From Mobula hypostoma (lineage: Eukaryota), in contig NC_086097.1 in NCBI RefSeq assembly GCF_963921235.1, positions 195,116,001 to 195,180,000 of the forward strand: DNA of 64,000 nt, read 5' to 3'. Numbering within the stretch: position 1 is the stretch's first letter; each line of letters begins with the position of its first letter. Made by a program: the position numbers and the translations under genes. The notes beneath the pieces are model-generated. The model worked only from the letters and a program-made list of their open reading frames with translations. It ran no database searches and was not told where the DNA came from. This document shows, piece by piece, positions 63,999 to 64,000 of the stretch.

Positions 63999-64000
63999 CA

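Larger units (their letters stand above)
60092..64000 (-). mobile_element. Ty3/Gypsy LTR retrotransposon (CsRN1-like CHCC Gag); 5' part lies outside the window
   Basis: Order gag-PR-RT-RH-IN, then polypurine tract and 3' LTR. Confidence 0.95.

Noticed and set aside
1..64000. Prokaryotic-type systems (CRISPR arrays, retrons, DGRs, operons) suggested by the many RT ORFs
   Set aside because: All RTs carry eukaryotic retrotransposon motifs and flanking structures. No regularly spaced repeat-spacer array or gene-dense organisation is present.

Overview
Repeat-dense eukaryotic non-coding DNA, probably intronic or intergenic. The repeat spectrum (HE1/V-SINE-like SINEs, many CR1 and Rex1/Babar LINEs, Penelope-like elements) suggests a cartilaginous fish, which is an inference and not a database match. 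No host protein-coding gene, rRNA, tRNA or CRISPR array was recognised. Every convincing ORF belongs to a retroelement: Neptune-type Penelope-like elements (RT + GIY-YIG) carrying minimal hammerhead ribozyme motifs, a near-full-length CR1 with a zinc-finger/SGNH-esterase ORF1, RTE, L1/Tx1, tandem R4/Dong fragments at (TAA)n, four probable solo LTRs, and a young CpG-rich Gypsy element with a CHCC Gag knuckle that runs off the right end. The most notable readable signals are (i) a -1 ribosomal frameshift cassette (G GGA AAC + 12-bp hairpin) at the Gypsy gag/pol junction, (ii) hammerhead motifs of several ages including a 157-bp fold-back mini-PLE with a 14-bp TSD, (iii) a PLE N-terminal domain missed by the ORF track, and (iv) an unclassified ~200-bp repeat present twice in inverted orientation. 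I found no evidence for a wholly new biological system. Boundaries of degenerate repeats were read by eye and are approximate.
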